Counted from the stretch's first letter, positions 16,821 to 26,286 are shown. The stretch: 32,667 bases of DNA from an uncultured Anaerolineaceae bacterium (GCA_964549025.1 CAZJUE010000005.1:1-32667); one strand, 5' to 3'. Numbers and translations: made by a program. The notes: generated by a model from the letters alone, not told the origin.

Positions 16821-18037
16821 ATCCAGCCACCGGGACGTTGATCCAGCGCATCGACGACCGTCAACTGCGGCGTTTCGTGCACGATTGGGACGACTTCGAG
16901 GCGCTGGTGATCCGCGTGTATCGGGCAGGCGAGCCGACCAACTCCGATGCGCGCGAGTTGGTGTATTTGCGCCGCCGGCTTCGGCGAGCTTACGTCTCCT
17001 GGCAGGCGCCGCTCCGTCCCCACTGGCCGGAAGCGTTGGAGTTGGATCCGTTTCGAAAACTGCTCGAGATCGAGGCGGCCGACGCTCTGGTCGACAACTG
17101 GGAGGCCATGCAAACTCTGCCGCACGCCCGCCAGGCCATCAATCAGTTCCTGCTGGCGAGGTTGGAGGGGGTGCAGGCTGAACTGGATCACTTGGAGCTG
17201 GACGGCAGAGGCGTACGCTTGCATGCGGTGCAAGCCGGACCGGAGAGCGGTTTCCCAGTGATCCTGTTGCACGGGTTTCCAGAATTCTGGTACGGCTGGC
17301 GACATCAGATCGACGCTCTCTCGGAGGCTGGCTATCGGGTGTTGGCACTCGACCAGCGTGGCTACAATCGCAGCGACAAGCCGCAGGGGATTGCAGCGTA
17401 CCGCCCGGCGCTGCTGGTGGCAGACCTAGTGGCGGTGATGGACGGAATGGGATTGCGGAAGGCTGCGGTAGTCGGCCACGACTGGGGCGCTTCAGTAGCC
17501 TGGTGGGCGGCCTATGCTCATCCCGACCGCCTGGAGCGGATGGTGATCATGAACGTGCCTCACCCACGGGTCTTTGCCGACGCGCTGCGCACCAGCTGGC
17601 GCCAGCTGCTGCGCAGCTGGTACATCGCCGCGATTCAACTGCCGCGGCTGCCGGAGCTGCTGCTGCGGCTCTTCGGCTACGCGCTGCTCAAAGCCGCGCT
17701 GCGGCGCTCCAGCGGCCGCAACACATTTACCCGCCAGGACCTGCGGGCTTACCAGCAGGCCTGGGCGCAGCCCGGCGCGCTGACCGGCATGCTCAACTGG
17801 TATCGAGCGGTAGCCCGCTACCAGCCGCGCATCTCAACCCGGGGTCTGGTGCAGGTGCCCACCCTGATGATCTGGGGGGCACGCGATATCGCCCTGGGAC
17901 GGGAAATGGCGCCGGCCAGCATCGAGCGCTGCAAACGGGGCAAGCTGGTAATGGTTGAGCAGGCCAGCCACTGGGTGCAGCATGAGGCGGCCGGGCAGGT
18001 CAACAAGCTGATGCTGGATTTCTTGTCGGGCGGCTAA
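16817..18037 (+). CDS. Alpha/beta hydrolase (epoxide hydrolase-like) with an extra ~118-aa N-terminal domain
   Basis: LLHGFPEFWYGWRHQ, DQRGYNRS, nucleophile GHDWG, WGARD, SHWVQHE; GTGA overlap with csaA. Confidence 0.9.
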   Translation: MNPATGTLIQRIDDRQLRRFVHDWDDFEALVIRVYRAGEPTNSDARELVYLRRRLRRAYVSWQAPLRPHWPEALELDPFRKLLEIEAADALVDNWEAMQTLPHARQAINQFLLARLEGVQAELDHLELDGRGVRLHAVQAGPESGFPVILLHGFPEFWYGWRHQIDALSEAGYRVLALDQRGYNRSDKPQGIAAYRPALLVADLVAVMDGMGLRKAAVVGHDWGASVAWWAAYAHPDRLERMVIMNVPHPRVFADALRTSWRQLLRSWYIAAIQLPRLPELLLRLFGYALLKAALRRSSGRNTFTRQDLRAYQQAWAQPGALTGMLNWYRAVARYQPRISTRGLVQVPTLMIWGARDIALGREMAPASIERCKRGKLVMVEQASHWVQHEAAGQVNKLMLDFLSGG

Positions 18038-18099
18038 GCGGCTGCCCGGACTCATCGGGAACGGCCGCCGAAACAATAGCAGCACAGCCGGCCAACGCG

Positions 18100-18124
18100 A
18101 AACGGCCCGCGGCGGGGGCCGTTT
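18100..18124. terminator. Probable bidirectional terminator
   Basis: AAACGGCCC-N7-GGGCCGTTT between convergent genes. Confidence 0.6.
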
Positions 18125-18142
18125 GCTCAGGCTGTGCGAGGT

Positions 18143-18811
18143 TTAGTTGTGGACTTCGATGCCGCCGAAGGCCGCCACGCAGCGTACGTTCAGCTGCGGC
18201 GCATTGGTGTCGGTTGCATCGCGCATGCGGGTCTTATTGCTCCAGCCGCCAAAGATCGGCAAGCCAGTCATGCGAACCTTCCAGCTGTCCGGCACGCTGA
18301 TCTCGATTCCGCCGAAAGCCGCCGTGACGTCCAATTCGGCGCCTTCGGGATGCAGCATAGCGTCGCGCAAGTCAATGTCGGTACCGGCAAACAATGCCAC
18401 CGCGCTGCCGCCCTGGAAGGACTGGCTGTCGATGCGCCGCTCCATGCCACCGAAGATCGCGAAGCTATCGAGCTGATCGTCGCTGTCGATCTGGGTCGCT
18501 CGCCAACCGCTCCTGGAGAGCAGCATGTAGCCGCCAATCACGACCAGCAGCAGCGGCCAAAACAGCGCTCCCAAATTTACGTTCAGCAGGTCGAGTCGAT
18601 CGATCTGGAAGAATGCGCCAAGCAGGATCACGAATAATCCGGCCGGCACTGGGACCGAGCGGGTCGCCAACTGGACCGCGCCGACCGCAATCAGGATCAG
18701 CGGCCACCAGGTAGCCAGGATCGTACCGAAATCGATCACGTCGAGCTGATCCAGCATGAAGCCGGCGCCGATGACCACCAACCCCGTGCCGATAATCACC
18801 CGAAAAGACAT
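18143..18811 (-). CDS. LiaF-like membrane protein (DUF5668 + DUF2154 type)
   Basis: TM segments with WWPLILI/FWPLLL; C-terminal AIFGG, LFAGTDIDLRDA, AFGGIEISVP; SD GGAGG. Confidence 0.85.
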   Translation of the reverse strand: MSFRVIIGTGLVVIGAGFMLDQLDVIDFGTILATWWPLILIAVGAVQLATRSVPVPAGLFVILLGAFFQIDRLDLLNVNLGALFWPLLLVVIGGYMLLSRSGWRATQIDSDDQLDSFAIFGGMERRIDSQSFQGGSAVALFAGTDIDLRDAMLHPEGAELDVTAAFGGIEISVPDSWKVRMTGLPIFGGWSNKTRMRDATDTNAPQLNVRCVAAFGGIEVHN

Positions 18812-18909
18812 GTTTCCCTCCTCCGAAAGATTCCGTAGCGTGATTCTAATTTAGCCCCGGTGTAAGATGAGGACGACTGGCCCGAAAAACGCGGACGAGC
18901 GGATGAAAG

Positions 18910-19941
18910 ATGCCAATGAAGTTTGACGCGCAGATCGCCCCTGGGTCGCTGACCGAAGTCGGCCAACTGACCGAGGGGGCAGAAAAACTCGGCTTCGACG
19001 CGCTGTGGACTTCCGAAACCCAGCACGATCCGTTCCTGCCGTTGGGGCTGGTGGCCGAGCACAGCCAGCGCATTCAGTTTGGGACCTCGGTGGCAATTGG
19101 CTTCGCCCGCAGCCCGACCACCCTGGCCCACACCGCCTGGGATTTGGCCGAGGACTCCGGTGGCCGTTTCATTCTGGGTCTTGGCACCCAGGTGCGGGCG
19201 CATATCGAACGCCGCTTCGGTATGCCCTGGCCGGATTCGCCGGTCGGTAAGCTGCGCGAGCTGATCGCCGCGATCCGCGCGATCTGGCAGGCCTGGCAGA
19301 CCGGCGAGCGGCTCAACCTGCGCGGCGAGTACTTCAAGCTCACCCTGATGACACCCTTCTTCAATCCTGGGCCGATTCAGCACCCTCAGATCCCCATCTA
19401 CATCGCCGGAGTCAACACTGGCCTGGCGCGGCTGGCTGGGGAGGCGGCGGACGGGTTGCACGCTCATCCCTACCACTCGGCTGAATACCTGCGACAGGTG
19501 ATCCGCCCGGCGATCGACGAGGGCCTCGCCCGGGCCGGCCGCCAGCCCGGGGCGGTCAGCCTCTCGACCACTGCCTTTGCGGTCACCAGCGAGCCTGAAG
19601 CGGCCGCAGTACGTACTCAAATCGCCTTCTACGCTTCCACCCCTAGCTATCGGGTGGTGATGGAGCTGCATGGCTGGGAGGCCACCGCTGATCAGCTGCG
19701 GGACCTGGCGCAGCGTGGAGAGTGGGGGGCGATGGGGGACCAGATCAGCGACGAGATGCTGGAGACCTTCGCCGTGGTATGCGATCCGGCCGAGCTGGGC
19801 TCGGCGCTGGCGGCGCGCTATGAGGGATTGGTTGATCGTCTGGCGTTGTATCTGCCTTACTCGCCGGGCGTGGACGATGCGTTCTGGAGCGGCTTGATCA
19901 GCCAAATTGGTGCCCATCGGGCGGCCAAATCGGGGAGTTGA
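18910..19941 (+). CDS. F420-dependent LLM-class oxidoreductase (TIGR03617-like)
   Basis: ETQHDPF, FARSP, GRFILGLGTQVRAHIERRF, LTLMTPFFNPGP, IAFYASTPSY. Confidence 0.88.
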   Translation: MPMKFDAQIAPGSLTEVGQLTEGAEKLGFDALWTSETQHDPFLPLGLVAEHSQRIQFGTSVAIGFARSPTTLAHTAWDLAEDSGGRFILGLGTQVRAHIERRFGMPWPDSPVGKLRELIAAIRAIWQAWQTGERLNLRGEYFKLTLMTPFFNPGPIQHPQIPIYIAGVNTGLARLAGEAADGLHAHPYHSAEYLRQVIRPAIDEGLARAGRQPGAVSLSTTAFAVTSEPEAAAVRTQIAFYASTPSYRVVMELHGWEATADQLRDLAQRGEWGAMGDQISDEMLETFAVVCDPAELGSALAARYEGLVDRLALYLPYSPGVDDAFWSGLISQIGAHRAAKSGS

Positions 19942-20052
19942 CGACCGGGTCGGTATCCAACGGATCGTCGAGTCCGTAGCTTGACAGCCGGCTCGAACCG
20001 CGGTTTATTTTCGACGTGGATCGCTCGGCAACCCGCTTTAGTCGGCTCTAAA

Positions 20053-20526
20053 ATGCCTACATCTCCACTCAGTCCGAAGCAGGTAAGTTGGGCGCGCCGG
20101 TGGATGACACTGGTGCTGGTAGGCCTGTTCATTTTCGTCATCGGCATCGACCCCAACCTGTTGGGCCTGGACCGCAGCCCGGTGGTCGGCTTCGTGCAGA
20201 TCGGGGTGTGGCTGACCGGCCTGGCGATCCTGCTGTTGGGAGCCACGCTTACGGTTCGGGTGGTGCGCAACGCCCGTCCCAACACTTTGCGTTCTGAGAT
20301 CGGGCTGCGATTGATCGCTACCGGCTACGTGTTTGCGGTGGCGGCCTCGTTTGCCGATTTCCTAGGAATCGGGACCCACAACCTGCCAACGATTTCCTAT
20401 GGGCCGATGCAGGTCGGCGGGCTGATCCTTGGGGTGGTGGTCAGCCTGATCGGTGTGGTGCTGTACTGGCCCGGTCTGCCCGGTCGCAAGTCGAAAGCGA
20501 GACAGGAAAACGCTAGCGCGGGCTGA
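20053..20526 (+). CDS. Hypothetical four-TM membrane protein
   Basis: Four hydrophobic segments; ATG 20053 preferred over the track's TTG 19981. Confidence 0.75.
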   Translation: MPTSPLSPKQVSWARRWMTLVLVGLFIFVIGIDPNLLGLDRSPVVGFVQIGVWLTGLAILLLGATLTVRVVRNARPNTLRSEIGLRLIATGYVFAVAASFADFLGIGTHNLPTISYGPMQVGGLILGVVVSLIGVVLYWPGLPGRKSKARQENASAG

Positions 20527-20548
20527 GCGCAGTGAAGTGCCTGCGGTG
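20522..20548 (+). repeat. Dispersed copy of the 27-bp repeat at 3674-3748
   Basis: GCTGAGCGC-AGTGAAGTGCCTGCGGTG versus GCTGAGCGCTAGCGAAGTGCCTGCGGTG (minus strand of 3674-3748): one gap and one mismatch. Confidence 0.8.
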
Positions 20549-20576
20549 TTGATCGACTCTGGGGCCGGTCGCCGCG

Positions 20577-21605
20577 TTATTCGGCCATCTTTTCGCTGGA
20601 GTGCCCGGGGAAGACCTTTTCACCGGGCTTGATCGCGGCGTAGGCGTAGTTCACCGCCACGGTCACCTGTCCGTACCCAATCACAATCAGGTTCAGCGGG
20701 TCCAGCTCTTCTTGTAGGGCCAGGTCGCCGGCGGCGTATACAAACGGCAGGTTGGTCTCCATCTTGTTGTTGACCCGGATGTAGCGGCGACCGACGGTTT
20801 CCAGACCCCACTCCCGGATCGGTCCCAGATCGGCTTTAAAGCCTAGCGCCAGGATGGCTGCATCGACCTCCAATACCTGGTCTTCGTCGGTGCGGTTGTC
20901 GAAGATCACCGCCCGCTCCAGGTGGCCGTCGCCCTGAAATTCGCGCACTTCATAGTGGATCTTCACGTCGACGCCGGATTGGTTGAGCCGATTCACCGAG
21001 GTGTCGTGGGCCCGGAATCCCGGTCGCCGGTGGATCAGGGTCACCTGTTCGGCAAATGGCTCAGCGGCCAGCGCCCAGTCCACTGCGCTGTCGCCGCCGC
21101 CGACCACCAGCACCCGCTTGTCGGCGTACTCCTCGATATTGCGCACGAAGTAGACGATGCCCTTGTCCTCGAATTGATCCACGCTCTCATTCGGCAGCTT
21201 CACCGGCCGGAAGGCACCGATGCCGGCGGCGATCACCACCGCCCGGCTGTAATGCTTGGTTTTGCTGGTGCCGATTTCCCAGACCTGCTCCTCGCCGCCG
21301 GTGGGATCGGGCACGCGCTCCAGGGTGTCGGCTCGCTCGCCCAGGGCGAAGGCGGTGTCCCATTGCTCGGCCTGCTCGACCAGGTTTTCCACCAAGACCT
21401 TGCCGACGATCGATGGGAATCCCGGGGTATCGAAGATCTTCTTCTCCGGGTAGAGGGCGGTGATCTGCCCGCCGGGTTGCGGTAGGGCATCGATCAGCTT
21501 GCAGCTCATCTCTCGCATCCCGGCGTAGAAGGCGCCGAATAGGCCGGTCGGCCCGGCGCCAACGATGGTGAGGTCGAAAACTTCTGAATTCTTGGACTTG
21601 CTCAT
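20577..21605 (-). CDS. Ferredoxin--NADP reductase, TrxB-like (YumC type)
   Basis: GAGPTGLFGAFYAGMR, GGQITALYPEKKIFD, GGGDSAVDW, HRR, YAAGD, PGHSS; no CxxC. Confidence 0.92.
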   Translation of the reverse strand: MSKSKNSEVFDLTIVGAGPTGLFGAFYAGMREMSCKLIDALPQPGGQITALYPEKKIFDTPGFPSIVGKVLVENLVEQAEQWDTAFALGERADTLERVPDPTGGEEQVWEIGTSKTKHYSRAVVIAAGIGAFRPVKLPNESVDQFEDKGIVYFVRNIEEYADKRVLVVGGGDSAVDWALAAEPFAEQVTLIHRRPGFRAHDTSVNRLNQSGVDVKIHYEVREFQGDGHLERAVIFDNRTDEDQVLEVDAAILALGFKADLGPIREWGLETVGRRYIRVNNKMETNLPFVYAAGDLALQEELDPLNLIVIGYGQVTVAVNYAYAAIKPGEKVFPGHSSEKMAE

Positions 21606-21660
21606 CTAATCGAACAGACTCCTATGGTTGATTGTCGCTCCGGCTACGCCAGCGCGGTCC

Positions 21661-21669
21661 ATTCTAGCA
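21661..21669 (-). promoter_or_regulatory. Extended -10 (TGCTAGAAT) upstream of FNR
   Basis: Reverse complement of ATTCTAGCA, about 55 nt upstream of the ATG. Confidence 0.45.
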
Positions 21670-21769
21670 AAGCGGCGTCACGGCGCAGAATAGTCCCATG
21701 GACCATCTCTGGCGGGACGGAAATCACGAATCTGCCGTGCCCTTCCCTGCCGGGCGGGCAACTCGCCCT

Positions 21770-22375
21770 TCAGAGCTCCACCTTGCGGTGATTGACCCGG
21801 TGGTGTTCGGCCTCGATGATGGCCAGGATGGTGTCGATCGCCGCTTCGGCCTGCGAGTCGGCATTGACCACCAGGTAATCGAAGTGTTCCAGGTAGTCGA
21901 ACTCCCGGCGGGCGGCCTGCAGCCGGCGCTCCAGGTCGGCTTCCGATTCGGTGCGCCGCCTTCGCAGGCGGCCGGCCAGCTCCGCTTCATTGGTAGCGGT
22001 CAGGAAGATCAGCAGCGCCTGCGGCTCGAGCTGGCGGATGGTCCTGGCGCCTTGCACGTCCACTCGCATCACCACGTCCAAGCCGCTGTCCATGGCGTCA
22101 CGCACCTGCTGTTTGGGAACCCCTTTGTGCTGGTCGTACACCATGGCGTGCTCCAGCAGTTCTCCGTCGTCGATCATCTGCTGGAATTCGGCTTCATCGA
22201 CGAAGAAATAGTCTTGCCCTTCGACCTCGTGGGGCCGCTTGGGCCGGGTGGTAGCGGTGACCACAAAATGGAATGGGAGGCCGCGCATTTTCAGGCCATC
22301 GACGATGGTGTCTTTGCCCACCCCAGAGGGGCCGGAGATAACAACCAGGAGGGGCGAGCTGGTCGGCTGCTGCAC
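21770..22375 (-). CDS. gmk: Guanylate kinase
   Basis: ISGPSGVGKD, TATTRPKRPHEVEGQDYFF, DVQGA; start set at GTG 22375. Confidence 0.95.
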   Translation of the reverse strand: MQQPTSSPLLVVISGPSGVGKDTIVDGLKMRGLPFHFVVTATTRPKRPHEVEGQDYFFVDEAEFQQMIDDGELLEHAMVYDQHKGVPKQQVRDAMDSGLDVVMRVDVQGARTIRQLEPQALLIFLTATNEAELAGRLRRRRTESEADLERRLQAARREFDYLEHFDYLVVNADSQAEAAIDTILAIIEAEHHRVNHRKVEL

Positions 22376-22383
22376 GGCGGGTG

Positions 22384-22391
22384 AGTATAAT
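22384..22391. promoter_or_regulatory. Overlapping divergent -10 boxes
   Basis: TATAAT on + (22386-22391) and TATACT on - (22384-22389) in the short gmk/FmdB gap. Confidence 0.55.
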
Positions 22392-22411
22392 GCCAATCGC
22401 TGGAGGTCGTG

Positions 22412-22792
22412 ATGCCGAGCTATGACTATCGCTGCCGCGATTGCGGCAAGCGCTCTGTCATCTACCAATCCTACCAAGAGTACGGGGAAGTGCCGGTCGA
22501 GTGTCCGCATTGTGGGAGCGCGGAGCTCAAGCGGCTGATCGGGCGGGTGCGGATCGCCAAATCAGAAGAGTCTCGGCTGGATGACCTATCCGACCCCAGC
22601 AGCTGGGGAGATATCGACGAAGACGACCCGCGCTCGATGGCCAAAATGATGCGCAAGATGGGCCAGGAGCTCGGCGAGGACATGCCGCCTGAATTCGACG
22701 AAGTCGTCGACCGCTTGGAGGCCGGCGAAGATCCGGAGCAGATCGAGCAGGACCTGCCGGATCTGGGCGGCGACGCGGACCTGGACTTCTGA
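22412..22792 (+). CDS. FmdB family zinc-ribbon protein
   Basis: MPSYDYRCRDCG...CPHCGS; acidic C-terminus; SD GGAGG. Confidence 0.9.
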   Translation: MPSYDYRCRDCGKRSVIYQSYQEYGEVPVECPHCGSAELKRLIGRVRIAKSEESRLDDLSDPSSWGDIDEDDPRSMAKMMRKMGQELGEDMPPEFDEVVDRLEAGEDPEQIEQDLPDLGGDADLDF

Positions 22793-22818
22793 TCCAGCTC
22801 CCGCGCCGGGAACTGCAA

Positions 22819-22844
22819 ACGCCCCATCAGTGGGGCGTCTTTCT
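22819..22844 (+). terminator. Intrinsic terminator after the FmdB gene
   Basis: ACGCCCCA-TCAG-TGGGGCGT followed by CTTTCT. Confidence 0.65.
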
Positions 22845-22919
22845 ATTCCGCTGGTCGAGCCGACAACCCATCCCGCAGCGCAGTGAAGCGCTGCTTGGCG
22901 GTCGCAACCAGGCAGCTGC

Positions 22920-23558
22920 TTATCCCCCCGGGCGTTCGGGGGCCGGCAGTCGCTTGGCGACCGCCGCCTGGATGGCTTGCTGAACCTGCTCCGGAGACCG
23001 CGAGGCGTCGATGGTCACCCAGCGGTCGGGCTCTTGCTCGGCCAGCTCCAGGTACCCGGTCCGCACCCGCTGGTGGAACGCGAGATCGTAGTCGTCCAGC
23101 CGGTTCCATGAGCCGCCCTGTTTGCGTCGTTCCAGTCCGGCCTCGGCTGAAAGGTCGAGCAGCAGCGTTAGATCGGGCACCAGGCCGCCGGTAAAGAATT
23201 CGGTGATCGCCCGCAGGCGTTTGAGGCTGAGCCCATGTCCATACCCCTGGTAGGCAAGCGAGGAATCGTAGAAGCGGTCGGAAACTACCACTCCGCCGGC
23301 ATTCAAATGCGGCTGGATCACCTCTCGCACTACCTGGGCGCGCGAGGCCGAAAACAGCAGGAACTCGGCCTGCCGGCTCATGCGGGTATTGTCCAGCGAC
23401 ATGATCACCTTGCGAATCTGGTCGCCGATCTCGGTGCCGCCCGGCTCGCGGGTGAACAACACGTCATGCCCTTGGTCTTTGAGGTGATCGGCCAGCAGGC
23501 GGGCCTGGGTTGACTTTCCGCCGCCTTCCGGGCCTTCGAGGCTGAGGAAGAAGCTCAA
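22920..23558 (-). CDS. tmk: Thymidylate kinase
   Basis: EGPEGGGKST, TREPGGT, SDRFYDSSLAYQG, PDLTLLLD. Confidence 0.96.
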   Translation of the reverse strand: MSFFLSLEGPEGGGKSTQARLLADHLKDQGHDVLFTREPGGTEIGDQIRKVIMSLDNTRMSRQAEFLLFSASRAQVVREVIQPHLNAGGVVVSDRFYDSSLAYQGYGHGLSLKRLRAITEFFTGGLVPDLTLLLDLSAEAGLERRKQGGSWNRLDDYDLAFHQRVRTGYLELAEQEPDRWVTIDASRSPEQVQQAIQAAVAKRLPAPERPGG

Positions 23559-25126
23559 TCGCGGAAGATCCGCACCCGCCGCTGGGGCTCTCGTCCGTAG
23601 GAATGGGACACCAGGTTGGCCTGGCGGGCCATTTCGTGCTGTATGCGGCGCACGTAGGAATTGGCCGGGCGTAAATCGATCGAGCGGGCGCCATTGAGTA
23701 CCTTGTCGATGGCGTCCTGCGCTTCGCGCGCCCCCTGCTCGAGCAGCGGGTCATCGGCCGGCTGCCGATCCAGGTTGAACAGCTCAACCAGAAAGCGCTC
23801 CATCTGGGCGACCGTGTTGGCGCGCAGAACGTAAATCGGCATGCGCCGATTCTCGGCATCCGTGATCAGCTTGCGCTGCCGACGGTAGTAGGAGCGCAGA
23901 GTGACCAGCACGTCGGCCTGGCCGATGTCCTCGACCAGCAGAGCCGGCACGTGCAGGCGCTTACTGGCTTGCCGCAGCCGGTTGCGGGCTACGCCGTACG
24001 GGTAGATGCGGATGGTCTCTAGCGGCTCACCCGGCTGACGGATGGCCGCTGGAGCGGGGGTCTGGCTTGGGGTTCCCGATTGTCTGCGGTATCCCTCCTC
24101 GCCGCGCCGTGTCCGCCCGCTGCCCCCCTTCGGTTTGCGGATCTGGATCTCGCCTTGCTCGTCGCGTTCCCGAAGCTCGGGGGGCTCCGGCCGGCCACGC
24201 AGCAGTGCGTCCACCGCCTCCGAGACATCGTGGTGCAGCGCCAGTTTCTCGCGGTCCTGAATCTCGATCAGCACGTCGAAGGTCGGCGCGGCGCGCCGCT
24301 CGAGCACAGTCTTCTGTGTGCCACGGCGGCGGGCTTCCTCATCGGACAGCGTGACCGACTCGATCCCGCCCACCAGGTCCGACAGGGTGGGGTTGAGCAG
24401 CAGGTTTTCCAGCGTATTGCCGTGGGCGGTTCCGATCAGCTGAACGCCGCGTTCGGCAATGGTACGAGCCGCCACCGCTTCCAGTTCTCGGCCGATCTCA
24501 TCGATCACGATGACTTCCGGATTGTGGTTTTCCACCGCTTCGATCATCACTTCGTGCTGCAGGTTGGGTCGCTGCACCTGCATACGCCGAGCGCGCCCAA
24601 TGGCCGGATGCGGTACGTCTCCGTCGCCGGCGATCTCGTTGGAGGTGTCAACGATCACCACTCGGCGCTCCTCGGCCAGGATGCGGGCAGCTTCGCGCAG
24701 CATGGTGGTTTTGCCCACGCCGGGCCGGCCGACCAACAGCAGGCTCTTGCCGCTGTTGATCAGGTCCTGAATGATGTCGATGGTGCCGTACACCGCCCGG
24801 CCCACCCGGCAAGTCAGGCCGACCACCCGACCGTGGCGGTTGCGGATGGCGGAGATGCGGTGCAGCGTGCGCTCGATCCCCGCCCGGTTGTCAGCGTCGA
24901 AATCGCCCACTCGCTCGACCACGTAGTCGATGTCTTCCCAGGTGACTTCGCGGTTGCTGAGCGTGACCTCCTCCCGCACGTAGCGGGCGGTCGGAACCCG
25001 CCCGATGTCGAGGATCACCTCCAGCAGGTCGTCCGGCTGGTTGATTTCCTTGATTTTGTCGGTGATGCGGGGAGGCAGGACGCCGCGCAGGGCGTCCAGG
25101 TCATCGGTGATGCGCCTACTCGTCAT
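23555..25126 (-). CDS. SpoIIIAA/Ycf45-like AAA ATPase with C-terminal R3H domain
   Basis: GRPGVGKT, VDTSNEIAGDGD, IDEIG, GTAHG; R3H motif RRIQH...SHSYGREPQRRV. Start at ATG 25126 (ATGA overlap). Confidence 0.9.
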   Translation of the reverse strand: MTSRRITDDLDALRGVLPPRITDKIKEINQPDDLLEVILDIGRVPTARYVREEVTLSNREVTWEDIDYVVERVGDFDADNRAGIERTLHRISAIRNRHGRVVGLTCRVGRAVYGTIDIIQDLINSGKSLLLVGRPGVGKTTMLREAARILAEERRVVIVDTSNEIAGDGDVPHPAIGRARRMQVQRPNLQHEVMIEAVENHNPEVIVIDEIGRELEAVAARTIAERGVQLIGTAHGNTLENLLLNPTLSDLVGGIESVTLSDEEARRRGTQKTVLERRAAPTFDVLIEIQDREKLALHHDVSEAVDALLRGRPEPPELRERDEQGEIQIRKPKGGSGRTRRGEEGYRRQSGTPSQTPAPAAIRQPGEPLETIRIYPYGVARNRLRQASKRLHVPALLVEDIGQADVLVTLRSYYRRQRKLITDAENRRMPIYVLRANTVAQMERFLVELFNLDRQPADDPLLEQGAREAQDAIDKVLNGARSIDLRPANSYVRRIQHEMARQANLVSHSYGREPQRRVRIFRD

Positions 25127-26058
25127 AAAGCGGCGGGATCCTCGATCTGTGCGATCGGTGCGGTGGGCTCCGGATAGGTGCCTTCTACAGCGGGCAGCGC
25201 GCTGGTGGCGTGGCGCCGAACCGCGACCGCCAGGCGCTTGACCATTACGGCCTGGTCGGCCACCGGCTCGAAGCCGAGGCGCTCCAGCGGACCACCCATC
25301 CAGCTCTGATAGGAGCGGACGCACACGTATACCGGGCGATCGTGCGGTGCTTGGTGCAGGAAGCCGGTCAGCAATTCGGCGAAGTCGCTGGCTGCCGGAT
25401 GGAAGAACGGCTGTACCCAGGAGCCGCGGGCGCCGCGCTCGACATCGAGGTAGCCAAGCAGCTCGCCGTCACGAGCATGCACCAGGTTGTGTCCCGGACG
25501 CAGCGGTGGTTTTTCGACCTGGCGCACCAATCCCGGCACAATGTCCAGATACAGGCTTTGCGCCGATTCGCGGTCGCGCTCGGTTTCCACCCGCCAGCTT
25601 TCCGAATCGGATGGCTGCCGGTGCTCGAGCTCCCGGTGGAGGCCCCAAATTCGCTGGCGAGCATAGATCGCAAAGCCGGCCTGACGCAGCTGTTCGAAGG
25701 CCGGGCTGTTTTCATCGATGTCGGCAACCAGATTGTGTGCGCCATGGTCGCCGGCCGCATAGGCCAGGGACTCAACCAGTTCGAGTCCACTATCGCAGTC
25801 CAGAACATCGACCGGGCCAATGAAGGTCAATCGAGCGTTGGCGCGGTCGCTGCGCAGCGCGATTTGCCCGATGGCATCCACCTCACCATCGCGAGCCACC
25901 AGCGTCACCGCGGTCTTGCCGGGGATAAACGGGTTGAGCAGCGCTTGCTGCAGCGCGTTTGCGCCGCGGGTGTAGGCCAACTGGGCGTCAGGACACAGCC
26001 CGCGGTCACGCACACGGGCCAGCAGTGCCAGGTCGCGCCAGTCAAGTTCTCGGATCAC
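25123..26058 (-). CDS. Hypothetical protein, possible tandem GNAT-like fold
   Basis: 311-aa ORF coupled to the AAA-R3H gene; MIRELDWRDL start, LRQAGF and LERLGF resemble GNAT C-terminal motifs. Confidence 0.7.
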   Translation of the reverse strand: MIRELDWRDLALLARVRDRGLCPDAQLAYTRGANALQQALLNPFIPGKTAVTLVARDGEVDAIGQIALRSDRANARLTFIGPVDVLDCDSGLELVESLAYAAGDHGAHNLVADIDENSPAFEQLRQAGFAIYARQRIWGLHRELEHRQPSDSESWRVETERDRESAQSLYLDIVPGLVRQVEKPPLRPGHNLVHARDGELLGYLDVERGARGSWVQPFFHPAASDFAELLTGFLHQAPHDRPVYVCVRSYQSWMGGPLERLGFEPVADQAVMVKRLAVAVRRHATSALPAVEGTYPEPTAPIAQIEDPAAL

Positions 26059-26286
26059 AATTGCGTGGGTTCCTAAGCGTCAATACTAGCTAGCGCACAG
26101 CGCAGCACAAGCAGGCTTACAAATCGCCGCCACGTGGCCGTTGAATCGCGGCTCGCGCACGGCGCGGCGATTCTACCACGCAGGCAACTTGGGGCAATTT
26201 TCGCCCTTTATCGCTCCGCCGGGCGCTGAAAGCGCCTGCGGTACAATCGGTTCGCCCTCCTCCCGAGGGGGGCGACGGAGGAGAGA

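Noticed and set aside
19939-20526. LLM oxidoreductase TGA is in frame with the downstream membrane protein (possible second read-through)
   Set aside because: The LLM domain is complete, no Cys-equivalent position is involved, and the intervening sequence looks intergenic (contains TTGACA).
26100-26286. Riboswitch upstream of the ECF S component
   Set aside because: No TPP, FMN, cobalamin or SAM consensus recognised; a TACAAT -10-like box near 26242 leaves only a short leader.
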